Source: Octopus vulgaris (lineage: Eukaryota). Taken from it: a DNA stretch of 64,000 nt. Positions 39,024-50,585 of this stretch are shown piece after piece (within the stretch, counting starts at the first letter, position 1; each line of letters starts with the position of its first letter). The translations under genes were made by a program, and so were the position numbers. The notes under the pieces were generated by a model that did not search any database, was not told the origin of the DNA, and worked only from the letters and a program-made list of their open reading frames with translations. Where the stretch lies: positions 195,858,001 through 195,922,000 of the forward strand of contig OX597815.1 in assembly GCA_951406725.2 (NCBI GenBank). The letters run 5' to 3'.

Positions 39024-41911
39024 TATGCTGTACCACGGACCGACAGGAAAGAAAGGAGTCATGGAGGTGTTGCTATGTACATCCGTGAGGACCTCACACC
39101 CCAGGTCCTCTTGTCATACTCAAACTCGGTGTGTGACACACTAATTGTACATATTAGGCAACTTGATGTAGTTGTGTGTGCTACATATCGCCCTCCAGAT
39201 GCCCCAAGCCATGTGGGCAAGTTTGAAGACTGCCTTATAAAAATAGAAGAAATTCTAACCACATTAGAACAACACATAGGTGTGCTTCTTATGGGAGACT
39301 TCAATCTGCCCAATGTCAGATGGCCCGAGGGCCTTTCTCTCCCAGGAATGACAAGATGTGAACGAGGACAGGCGAGGTCCCTCCTGAACCTCATCAACAC
39401 CCTGTACATGGAGAAGGTAATACTCCAACCAACCAGGGCAGGTAACACACTGGATCTCTGCTTCACAAATGACATGGATCATCCATAATGTGAAAGTGAC
39501 ACCGACACTACTCTCGGATCACAACATGATAGAGCTGACCATGTACGGGCCAAAAGAGAGCACGGGCATGCAGCCTACAAGAAACCCTCAAAATCTTTCC
39601 AGCTTGAACTACCATAAGGCAAACTGGAAACAAATTGAGAAAGAGATCCTCAAACAAAACTGGCCTAAATGTCTCTCCTCGCCAGACATCGACGTGAAAC
39701 TTCAACAATTCATGTCTGTAATGCAAGCCATATGCTACAAATGTGTCCCAGAGAGAAAGGCCACTGTACACAAGAACAAAATCCCCAGAGAGAGGAAAAT
39801 TTTAATGAGACGGCGTACGAAATTTTCAAATCGCCTAAACAAACAGATTGAAAGCAGTGAAAAGTCCCGCCTAAAAATAAAACTGTTGGAAATCGAAAAA
39901 TGTCTGCAACTCTCCCATGAAAAAGAAAGAGCAGACAAAGAAGCCTGGGCTATAGAAAACATAAAATCTAACCCCAGAGCTTTCTACAGGTATGCCAAAG
40001 AAACAGCTACAGTGCACTGTAGAATAGGGCCACTCCTCGAAAAGGATGGCACACTTACAGGAAAACCAATGAGGGTAAGTGAAATACTGAATGAGCAATT
40101 CAAGAGTGTTTTCACTCCACCCCTTGGGCATCTCCAAATCACCAATCCAACTGACTTTTTTACCACTGCAGATATAAAATCAGAGGTGGCGACGATAGAT
40201 TACATCGATATAAAGGAAGACGATGTAACCAAGGCTATAGATGAAATGAAAACAAACTCAGCTACTGGCCCCGATGGATTCCCGGCAATCCTCCTAAAAG
40301 CATGTAAGAGAGTCCTAGCAAGACCACTGCAGTTCCTCTTTCAGAGCTTCCTTGCAGCTGGCAAACTTCCAGGAAAACTGAAGGAAGGTAAAATATGCCC
40401 CATTCATAAAGGAGGTAGCAGAGCGGAAGCCAAGAACTATAGACCTATCTCTCTGACCTCACACATCAGCAAGGTCATGGAACGAATAGTCAGAAGGAAG
40501 CTGATCACCTTCCTTGAAGAGAATGACTTGCTGCCCGACACCCAACATGGTTTCCGACCAGGGAGAAGCTGTTTAACTCAGCTCCTACAACACTATGACT
40601 GGGTGCTGAAACGGCTGCTCAACCACTCAAATGTGGAAGTGATATATCTCGACTTTGCAAAGGCCTTTGATAAAGTCGATCATGGAATGATATGTCACAA
40701 ACTGCGTGATCTCAACATAGTTGGAAAACTGGGAGAATGGCTTCATGACTTTCTGAAGGATAGAAGTCAGGTGGTAGTAGCCAATGGGGCCACCTCCATT
40801 AACACACAAATAGTGAGCGGTGTTCCGCAGGGCACTGTGCTGGGACCACTACTGTTCATAATGGCCCTCTCAGACATGCCCTCAGCCACGCAGAGAGCCA
40901 CGATCACAAGTTATGCAGATGATACAAAAGTTTCACAGGCAATACAGAACCCTGAGGACACTAAACACCTGCAATGTGAGCTGGACGAAATATACAAGTG
41001 GGCTGAAAAGAATAGCATGCAGTTCAATGCTGGAAAGTTTCAAGCTTTATACTATCAGCATGCAAAACTGAATGCAATACCCAATGAATACACTGGACCC
41101 GGAGGGATTGCAATCCCAGAGGCACAATCAGTGCGTGACCTGGGTATTCACATGAGTGATGACGCGACCTTTCATGTACATGTTGCTAAACTGACAATGA
41201 CATGTAGACGGCTGGCTGGATGGATTCTTAGAACCTTTAGCACAAGAGAACAAGAAACCATGATGGTCCTCTGGAAGACACTTGTCCTAAGCCACTTTGA
41301 CTATTGCTCTCAGCTATGGTCACCATCCTGTGTCAAGTTGATCACAGAACTTGAGGCGATCCAACGAAGCTACACGAAGAAGATAGCCCCTTTGCAGCAT
41401 ATAAGCTATTGGAAAAGACTCAAGAGATTAAAATTATATTCCCTGGAGCGTAGGCGGGAAAGATATGCCATAATATACATCTGGAAGATCCTGGAGGGAA
41501 GTGTCCTGAACTTTGGCATCGAGAGTTACGCAAATGCCAGAACTGGGCGCCACTGCGTGGTGCCTAGGACTCCAAACCTGCCATCAAGATGTAGGACAAG
41601 ATTCTGTGATAGCCTGGGTTTCCGAGGCCCACAGCTCTTCAATATCCTCCCGAAGAACCTGAGAGACCTGCATGGGGTGGATACAGATGTCTTTAAAATG
41701 AAGCTGGATCTCTTCCTGACAGGTGTCCCGGATGAACCAACTTCACGGCAGGAGGGGCAGATGAGGGCAGCTGCATCGAACTCTCTCATGCACCAAATAG
41801 CAGTTGCTAGAAAGCCTCCATGAAGTGAAACCAAGTAGCAACACCAAATGGCGGTGCCCCAGCATGGCCACAGCTCATAAGCTGAAACTAGAATCAATCA
41901 ATCAATCATCA

Positions 41912-41915
<4 letters not shown>
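39021..41915 (+). mobile_element. CR1/L2-group LINE, 5'-truncated within the APE domain
   Basis: APE motifs (GGVAMYI, YRPP, MGDFN, TLDL, SDH), RT, short 3' UTR, (ATCA)n tail; lies between two (TA)n tracts. Confidence 0.95.
39469..41823 (+). CDS. LINE ORF2 reverse transcriptase portion (frameshifted from APE ORF 39075..39488)
   Basis: 784 aa with NYRPISLTS, QHGFR, YLDFAKAFDKV, GVPQGTVLGP, YADD, SLERRRER. Confidence 0.92.
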   Translation: MTWIIHNVKVTPTLLSDHNMIELTMYGPKESTGMQPTRNPQNLSSLNYHKANWKQIEKEILKQNWPKCLSSPDIDVKLQQFMSVMQAICYKCVPERKATVHKNKIPRERKILMRRRTKFSNRLNKQIESSEKSRLKIKLLEIEKCLQLSHEKERADKEAWAIENIKSNPRAFYRYAKETATVHCRIGPLLEKDGTLTGKPMRVSEILNEQFKSVFTPPLGHLQITNPTDFFTTADIKSEVATIDYIDIKEDDVTKAIDEMKTNSATGPDGFPAILLKACKRVLARPLQFLFQSFLAAGKLPGKLKEGKICPIHKGGSRAEAKNYRPISLTSHISKVMERIVRRKLITFLEENDLLPDTQHGFRPGRSCLTQLLQHYDWVLKRLLNHSNVEVIYLDFAKAFDKVDHGMICHKLRDLNIVGKLGEWLHDFLKDRSQVVVANGATSINTQIVSGVPQGTVLGPLLFIMALSDMPSATQRATITSYADDTKVSQAIQNPEDTKHLQCELDEIYKWAEKNSMQFNAGKFQALYYQHAKLNAIPNEYTGPGGIAIPEAQSVRDLGIHMSDDATFHVHVAKLTMTCRRLAGWILRTFSTREQETMMVLWKTLVLSHFDYCSQLWSPSCVKLITELEAIQRSYTKKIAPLQHISYWKRLKRLKLYSLERRRERYAIIYIWKILEGSVLNFGIESYANARTGRHCVVPRTPNLPSRCRTRFCDSLGFRGPQLFNILPKNLRDLHGVDTDVFKMKLDLFLTGVPDEPTSRQEGQMRAAASNSLMHQIAVARKPP

Positions 41916-41957
<42 letters not shown>

Positions 41958-42039
41958 AGATTCCGTTGGATAATTCTGAATATATTACTTCAAGCATATA
42001 GGTTTTCTAGAATGTATGATATCAGAAATAGTAATAATA

Positions 42040-42255
42040 ATTGTTTCAGATTTTGCCAGAAGGGCAGCATATTTGAAGGAAGCGATGAGTCGATTCTATC
42101 GACCCCAATGTTCAACTGGTGATTATTTCATCGACCCCGAAGGAATGAAAGGCAAAGTCGGCCTCGGTGGAATTTGAACGCAGAACATTGTAACAGGTGA
42201 AATACTACTAAGCGTTTCATCCAGCGTGTTTACAATTCTGCCAGTTCACCGTCTT
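42040..42255 (-). mobile_element. Older, diverged SINE-B-related copy
   Basis: tcgaccccgaaggaatgaaaggcaaagtcggcctcggtggaatttgaac core. Confidence 0.8.
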
Positions 42256-42514
42256 TAACAATTATAACAATGGATTCAAATTTTACCACTTGGGCAACCA
42301 TTTTGAGGGAGTCAACGAATCTGTCACTGCAGCCAGTTAAGAAAGCGTTTGTGTATTGATTCTGAAGGACAACACTTTGAAGATACGATAGAGGTGTTTT
42401 GTTTGTCTTCAAATTATAATTGTACAATGACTAAATAAAAGTTATATCATTCAGAAATGTGTGCTTATTATTTTTAGAAGTGGGTAACGCGACTTATGGC
42501 CATCCCTGTACCCT

Positions 42515-42550
<36 letters not shown>

Positions 42551-42607
42551 CACGCGCATACACACACACCTGTATATACACACACATATATATACATATA
42601 CGCACAT

Positions 42608-43070
<463 letters not shown>

Positions 43071-43166
43071 CAGAAAATCTATCTATCAATATATCTAATA
43101 AATGAATGAGTCTGTACATACATGATTATGTGTTTACGGATAGACATGTGTGTATTTATTGTATGC

Positions 43167-43211
<45 letters not shown>

Positions 43212-43529
43212 TGTATGGGAGAGGTTTTTCTTTGTTTTATTCTATCTCCTTTTTTATTGATATGATTGTGTGTACTTAACTAGAGTTGAAAGGAAATGAA
43301 GGATTTTATAGCACTTAAAAATGTGAATATATATTCAGTTACTTGCATGAACAAGAATCCTAATACATGTCCATTTGACAAATAAGCAATACAGAAATGA
43401 TGATCTAGGCGGAAGTTATCACCTGTAAAAGACTCCAAGCTGGACACAATATAGCCTTTTATGAGCATCTGAATATGCAGATAGAATATCATAAAATAGG
43501 TATCTTTCATTTTCCACTTCGCTTCACCT

Positions 43530-43588
<59 letters not shown>

Positions 43589-43605
43589 CCTCTCTCTCTC
43601 TCTCT

Positions 43606-43641
<36 letters not shown>

Positions 43642-43643
<2 letters not shown>

Positions 43644-43848
43644 TCTCTCTTTTACTTCTTTCAGTCATTTGACTGCGGCCATGCTGGAGCACCGCCTTCA
43701 ATCGAGCAAATCGACCCCGGAACTTATTCTTTTGTAAGCCAAGTACTTATTATATCGGTCTCTTTTGCCGAACCGCTAAGTAACGGGGACATAAACACAC
43801 CAGCATCGGTTGTCAAGCAATGCTAGGGGGACAAACACAGACACACAA

Positions 43849-43881
<33 letters not shown>

Positions 43882-44060
43882 CATACATATATACATATAT
43901 ACGACGGGCTTCTTTCAGTTTCCGTCTACCAAATCCACTCACAAGGCTTTGGTTGGCGCAAGGCTATAGTAGAAGACACTTGCCCAAGGTGCCACGCAGT
44001 GGTACTGAACCCGGAACCATGTGGTTGGTAAACAAGCTACTTACCACACAGCCACTCCTA
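43642..44060 (-). mobile_element. SINE family A
   Basis: Colinear copy. Confidence 0.92.
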
Positions 44061-44503
44061 TAATTATAATAATAAGGGGTTTTTGCAACAAGTTGCGGAA
44101 CATTTGCAACAAGTTGCTTAAACCACGTACCGAAAATATTAGAAATAGCAGCCAAAGGGCTACTATTTCCTTTTACTACAAAAATAAGTCTCCACAGACA
44201 ACAATGTTTGTAACTCACATATGCCAGAAAAAGAAGAAAAACAATGAAATCACACAGTCTTCGGATTAATTATGGACGTACGTTTCTGGATTAGAATCGT
44301 AAGGTTCATTTCCTTATCAACATAATATTTCCCATAAATCTAGAAATGCTAGGAAAACTTACCTCTTATATTCTCGACCAAGCGACATCGAAAGATTCAA
44401 AATTCAACTAAGCATATCCACATTTAAATAGACAAGCATATCCACATTTATATATATATATATATATACAATGCAAACATATACACACACGTGTATATGC
44501 ATA

Positions 44504-45029
44504 TCTATTATATAAAATCCGTTCTCTTTGTCTGTGTGTGTGTCTTCTAGGATTTCGGGCTTCCTCCATCCGATTGCGCTCAAATTTGATATTTAGATAC
44601 CGACGGTATCAGGGAGTGTATAAGCCATGAAAAAATTACAAAAATCGATTCCAGGTGAGAATGCAGTAGATAAAGCCGTTTTTGTCCTGATTTTCTTCCG
44701 TCAACCAGTACATAACTACATTTTTGTTGTTTTTGTACTTCATAAAGGCACGTTTCTTTCCTGCCAAGCTTACTGTTTAAACCCTGTTTGTGTTCTCCCA
44801 GTCAACAGCCTTATCGGTTGCATATTTGTGTGAATAAAATCGTTTTTCTTTTGAATAGAATAAAAGTCTATCTTTATTTCTTCTTTTGCTGGTGTCTCAA
44901 ATTTAGAATAAATCAGGGTTTCTCAAAGGGAGGCCTATGGGCGGTCGGACAAGTTGTTTTGAGAAAATTTGTTTTAACTGTTTGACAACTCAGCACCGTC
45001 CATTGGACAGGGGGGGGGGCGTTTTGCTC

Positions 45030-45030
<1 letters not shown>
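44504..45030 (+). mobile_element. Non-autonomous Helitron-like element, family H1
   Basis: A|TC ... cagcaccgtccattggac(G)ncgttttgCTCG|T, as at 3857-4397. Confidence 0.75.
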
Positions 45031-45091
<61 letters not shown>

Positions 45092-45639
45092 GTGTGTGTG
45101 TGTGTATTTTAGATCGGTGGTAGGGATATTTTTCTTCGGTTTGTTATTCTATGCATAATGGAATGAAACATACTCTAAGGACAAGCCAAAGCCAACAAAA
45201 ATGATTTACATCATCTATTGCAGAATATTTGATCCAGAATTAAGAATTATGACGATACATTGTATTAACTCATTATGTAATTAACTTACGATGAACTGTT
45301 GCCCGTTGTAAATGCCATAATTTAATAATATTCGTAATTAATTTATAACGAACTATAAATGTTAATCCCTTGACTGTAAATATTAGGAGACTTCAGTTGT
45401 GATTTAATGGAGGTTCTCTTCTATGCTTTGGGATGAAAATTTGTAGTTCCAAATGCAAAGAATGAGGTAGTCATCGGTAAATATCGTTAAACTTATTTTG
45501 TTTTTAAGCCCATGAGAACTGCGGCTCTATTTTGTACTAGAAACGGATGTCCAAACTGTTCAAGATCCTTACCGTTATACAGAATTATCGATGAAATTCG
45601 GTGTTTCAGTGCTTATTTGTACAAGGCAGAATTAAGCAA

Positions 45640-45870
45640 CCTATTTATTTACTACCCAGAAGGGGCTAAACACTAAGGGGACAAACAAAGACAGACAAAC
45701 GGATTAAGTCGATTACATAGGCCCCAGTGTGGAACTGGTACTTAATTTATCGACCCCGAAAGGATGAAAGGTAAAGTCGACCCTGGCGGAATTTGAACTC
45801 AGAACGTAGCGGCAGACGAAATACTGCTAAGCATTTCGCCTGGCGTGCTAACGATTCTGCCAGCTCGCCG
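45640..45870 (-). mobile_element. SINE family B
   Basis: Full copy. Confidence 0.9.
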
Positions 45871-46298
45871 TTATAGTAAGCAACCGTTATAGTAGATACA
45901 GTGATTGTTCTGTCACGGTGTCCTAGTAATAACGAAATAATTGCTGAGAACTATTAGATAATCGTGTACAGAAAATATGAGTGAAAGTTCTCGTATTGTT
46001 TGAAGAATATTACTGGAGTTTGCAAATACTCTAGTTATCACCTTTTCTGGTAAGCTTAAGGTCATATTTCACCTACGCATCAATCAGATCTTTTGATATC
46101 GTGAAAAAAATTTGAACAGCTGGTTGTAATAAAATCAGTGAATGATCATGAGAAGAGCAGTAGAAAGAAGTGTTAATTTTTTTCGGCGAATCACGCGAAA
46201 GTATCATTGAAATTTCGTTAATTTTATCCAAAGTTAATGTATTTTTCTGAATTTTTTCTGTGAAATAAACTCGTTCATCATCTTCCAAACGAATAATT

Positions 46299-46533
46299 AC
46301 CTATTTCTTTCCTACCCACAAGGGGCTAAACACAGAGAGGACAAACAAGGGCAGACAAACGGATTAAGTCGATTACATCGACCCCAGTACGCAACTGGTA
46401 CTTATTTAATAGACCTCGAAAGGATGAAAGGCAAAGTCGACCGCGGCGGAATTTGAACTCAGAACGTAACGGCAGACGAAATACGGCTACGCATTTCGCC
46501 CGGCATGCTAACGTTTCTGCCAGCTCGCCGCCT
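46299..46533 (-). mobile_element. SINE family B
   Basis: Full copy; aattacct on both flanks. Confidence 0.9.
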
Positions 46534-46744
46534 TGAGAACAATTACCTACAGAATGCTGGTCTGGCGATCCTGAATAAACCACAACCATATATTCGAAGC
46601 ATAGACAAATCAGATGTACAGTAGCTGTGAACATAACCTTATATATAATTTGCGTTCTTATGCATGTAGGTCACCGCTACTTCTAAAGAAAGTGGACAAT
46701 GTAACCGACTATTTTGCAGCATAAACTTCATTTGCAAGAACACT

Positions 46745-47073
46745 GGGAAGCACTCCGTCGGTTACGACGATGAGGGTTCCGGTTGATCCGAATCAACGGA
46801 ACAGCCTGCTCGTGAAATTAACGTGTAAGTGGCTGAGCACTCCACAGACACGTGTACCCTTAGCGTAGTTCTCGGGGATATTCAGCGTGACACAGAGAAT
46901 GACAAGGCCGGCCCTTTGAAATACAGGTATAACAGAAACAGGAAGTAAGAGTGAGAGAAAGTTGTGGCGAAAGAGTACAGCAGGGATCACCACCATCCCC
47001 TGCCGGAACCTCGTGGAGCTTTTAGATGTTTTCGCTCAATAAACACTCACAACGCCCTGTCTGGGAATCGAAA
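46745..47073 (-). mobile_element. SINE family C, 5'-truncated
   Basis: 12-bp TSD tgcaagaacact (46733-46744, 47074-47085). Confidence 0.92.
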
Positions 47074-47204
47074 TGCAAGAACACTAGTTAAAACGTTATT
47101 CCAGTCTTGCTTTCCCCCCGCATTCATCAGATTTATTCCGCAGGCTATGAAGCAAGTTCGTCGTATAGTTCAATAATATATTCGCAGAAGTGCTGATTAA
47201 AAGT

Positions 47205-47440
47205 TAAAACTTCTCGAGTCATGCCGACTAATAAGGGTTGGTTTCTGGTTACCATGGCATAAAAACTCTTCATTTGAACGGCATGCCGGTCTGTGGCAAG
47301 ATTATTCGTGTTTTTCCAGTTGATTGGATGGAAGCAACGTGAAACGAATTGTTTTGCTCAAGATTACAATGCTTCCACTATTCGAAACCAAAATATTACG
47401 TTCATGAGTTCCATACAATAACCACTACGTCACACATCTC
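47205..47440 (-). mobile_element. Decayed SINE with a family D-type tail
   Basis: ttctcgagtcatgccgactaataaggg matches the reverse complement of the D tail cccttatgagtcaggcatggctcgagaa. Confidence 0.6.
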
Positions 47441-47499
47441 CACTAGAAATGCTGGTTAAGTCTATATATTTAAATGAACGCGTTTTCTTTTTTTTTTTT

Positions 47500-48510
47500 A
47501 AGCTTTTTATCTTTTGATCTGTTCCCTTCATTATACTGCGGCCATGCGTGGGCACTTCCATCTAGAATTGTAGGCGTACGAATCGACAGTTTTTTTTCTT
47601 TTCATTTTTAAGTCTGGTATTTATTCTATCAATCTCTGTTGCCGAACCGTTCAGTTAGAGAGGTAATCACAACAAAGCTGGATCAAGTAGTGGCGGGGAG
47701 AAACACAGACGCAAAGACTCATAGAAATATGATTATAAATATCCATACATACATATATATATAATCAGAAAATGGAAAAAAACTCAGATTAACAAACACA
47801 TCGATTGGACCACATTTATAGCTTATTTTTAATACAAAGCATGACATAATAAATAGGAGACGTAATAAATCTTACGGCTGTTTCCGCATCCGTTGCCAAA
47901 CGTTGTCTATAAATATTTGCGGTTACATTCCGTTAGGTATGTGGTAGAATACAGTACAAAACTTGTCCACCTACAAAATTATCCAGTGCTATCGGTATTA
48001 TTATATGCGGCCGTTCGTCGCGTGTGAATACAAAATTGAATAAATTGATGTCAAAAAGAAGGAATAAGGTACGACACTTATTCATTGTTCGCTACAGTTG
48101 TTTCGACGCAATATAGTTCCCGAAGAATACATGTTTGTTTGCATAATGAGATCTAGTTGTGCTACTTCAAGCGATATACAAGTGTTGTCTCCGTTAGTTT
48201 AAAGTCGTCGACTTCAACGCCATCTCCCTTGTTTCTCATGGTTTGAATCTTGTAGCGGCTGATAGATCCATGGCGTGTGCCGCGACAGCGCGTCTGTCAG
48301 ACTGTTATGAATGGTAGTAGATGATACTGTCAGGCATTTAAATGGGATTAGTCTTGTATTAGGTTGCCTCTGTGATATATTCTTTATGGAGGCCTACATA
48401 TGTGTAGTTTCTAAGCCGACTTTTAGTATTCAGTGGTCGGATACATACTCAATTTCACACACACACAGACTCACACATTCACTATCACACACAAACTTAT
48501 ATATATATAT

Positions 48511-48554
<44 letters not shown>

Positions 48555-48985
48555 TTACATACACCCATACATGCACTCACATACGTTTCTATACATAGGC
48601 GTATATACATATCTATATCTAGGCAACTATAAATACGTGCATATATACATACATATAAAATACATATATGTGCATGTGTGTATCTATGTATATATGTAAG
48701 TGTGACTTGCAGTGGGACTAGGAAGTGAACTGCTCACCACGCAGCCACACCCATTTATATACATATTCAACCCCAGTACTTATTCTTTTTAAGCCTAGTA
48801 CTTATTCTATCGGTCACTTTTTCCCATATATATATATATATATATATATACAATCGGCTTCTTTCAGTTTCCGTCTCCAAAATCCATAATACAAGACGCT
48901 TGCTGAAGATGCCATTCATTGAGTCTGAACCTGGAACCATGTAGTTTAGAAGCAAGCTTCTTACCACACAGTCACGCCCGTGCCT
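47500..48985 (-). mobile_element. Old SINE-A pieces (47500-47730, 48700-48985) interrupted by other inserts
   Basis: Diverged matches to the family A 3' half and head. Confidence 0.6.
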
Positions 48986-49962
48986 ATATAAATATATATA
49001 TTTATACATACAAACATACATATATTTTATGTATATGTACATAATATATTTGTTTTATGACTTGGGTACATTTAGATGTATTTCTGTGCATGCTTCTATT
49101 TAGGTGTGAGTAATCGACAGTCCTTAGTCTAAAACCTTCCCAGATTTATATAACGTTCGTACCTTTTAGGTCGAGGCAAGGCTAACTTTTACTAAGACAC
49201 ATGCCACATTATAGTATGTCACCAATGAGGTTTGTTTTTAGTCAGATGTAGCTGTTGTTTCTAGCACTACATTTAATTCGATAGAGAATACATCGTCAGC
49301 TCAATAGCCCTCAGTCTTGCCACTTTATACAGCTTATGATCTGTGCTACCCTTGCAATTTTATCCCGCAGCTGAGTGTGGGAAGATAATCACAATATGAA
49401 ATTAATAGCCTAAAATCACGGCGACGTGTTTTTACGAAACAGGATACACACCTAGCATTAATTCGGGTACTTTTTAAATATTCTACATTTTGCTGCGGAA
49501 AACTACATCCTGCTTCGTCACCAATAAAAACCTAAGGCGCTTCTTGTAGTTTAATGAAATCAGTGAATCGATAACATTTTTCGAATGTTTTTAAATCTGA
49601 ACCACCCACATCAAAATTTTCGAAAGTTTCGGTCTGAATGTTTTTATAACATTATTCGGAATTAAATTGTTTTTTTTTTAATTCATGCCATTTTTTTTTT
49701 TTTGTTCTTTTTCTTCATATAAAGAATTTTTACTTCCATATCGTAGAGTAGCATGATATGTAAATATGGACGGCTCGTTAAGTAGTCATCCACTTAAGAT
49801 ATATTGCTTGAAAAAAATGTCTTCAATGTGTTTACATATTTTCTTCGAAAATAAGCTTAAGTGTCTGACACAGACAAAATTATCCTTCTAAGTGGATTCA
49901 TATATGTGGGCATGAGTATCTACTCATGCGTGTGTATATACATGTGTATGAATATATATATG

Positions 49963-50027
<65 letters not shown>

Positions 50028-50034
50028 GTATATA

Positions 50035-50099
<65 letters not shown>

Positions 50100-50182
50100 A
50101 TGTATCTATGTATGTGTGTGTATATGTGTGTGCGTGCGTATGTTTATGTATGTGAGTGTGGGTATGTGTAGATAGATAGATG

Positions 50183-50225
<43 letters not shown>

Positions 50226-50354
50226 GGATGGATGGATGGATGGATGGATGGATGGATGGATGGATGGATGGATGGATGGATGGATGGATGGATGGATGGA
50301 TGGATTGATGGATGGAGAGACAAATAGATGTATGAGTGTTATTATTCTTGTATT

Positions 50355-50541
50355 ATTTTATTAGTTTCAGTAATTTGTCTGCGACCATGCTAGAGCATCG
50401 TGTTTAGTCGAAGAAATCGATCCCTAGGACCCTTACGGTGAAGTAAATACACCCACATCGGTTCTCAAGCGATGGTGAAGGGACAAACTCAGACACACAC
50501 ACACACATATATAAGTATGTTTTTGGTATGAAACTTCTGAT

Positions 50542-50585
<44 letters not shown>

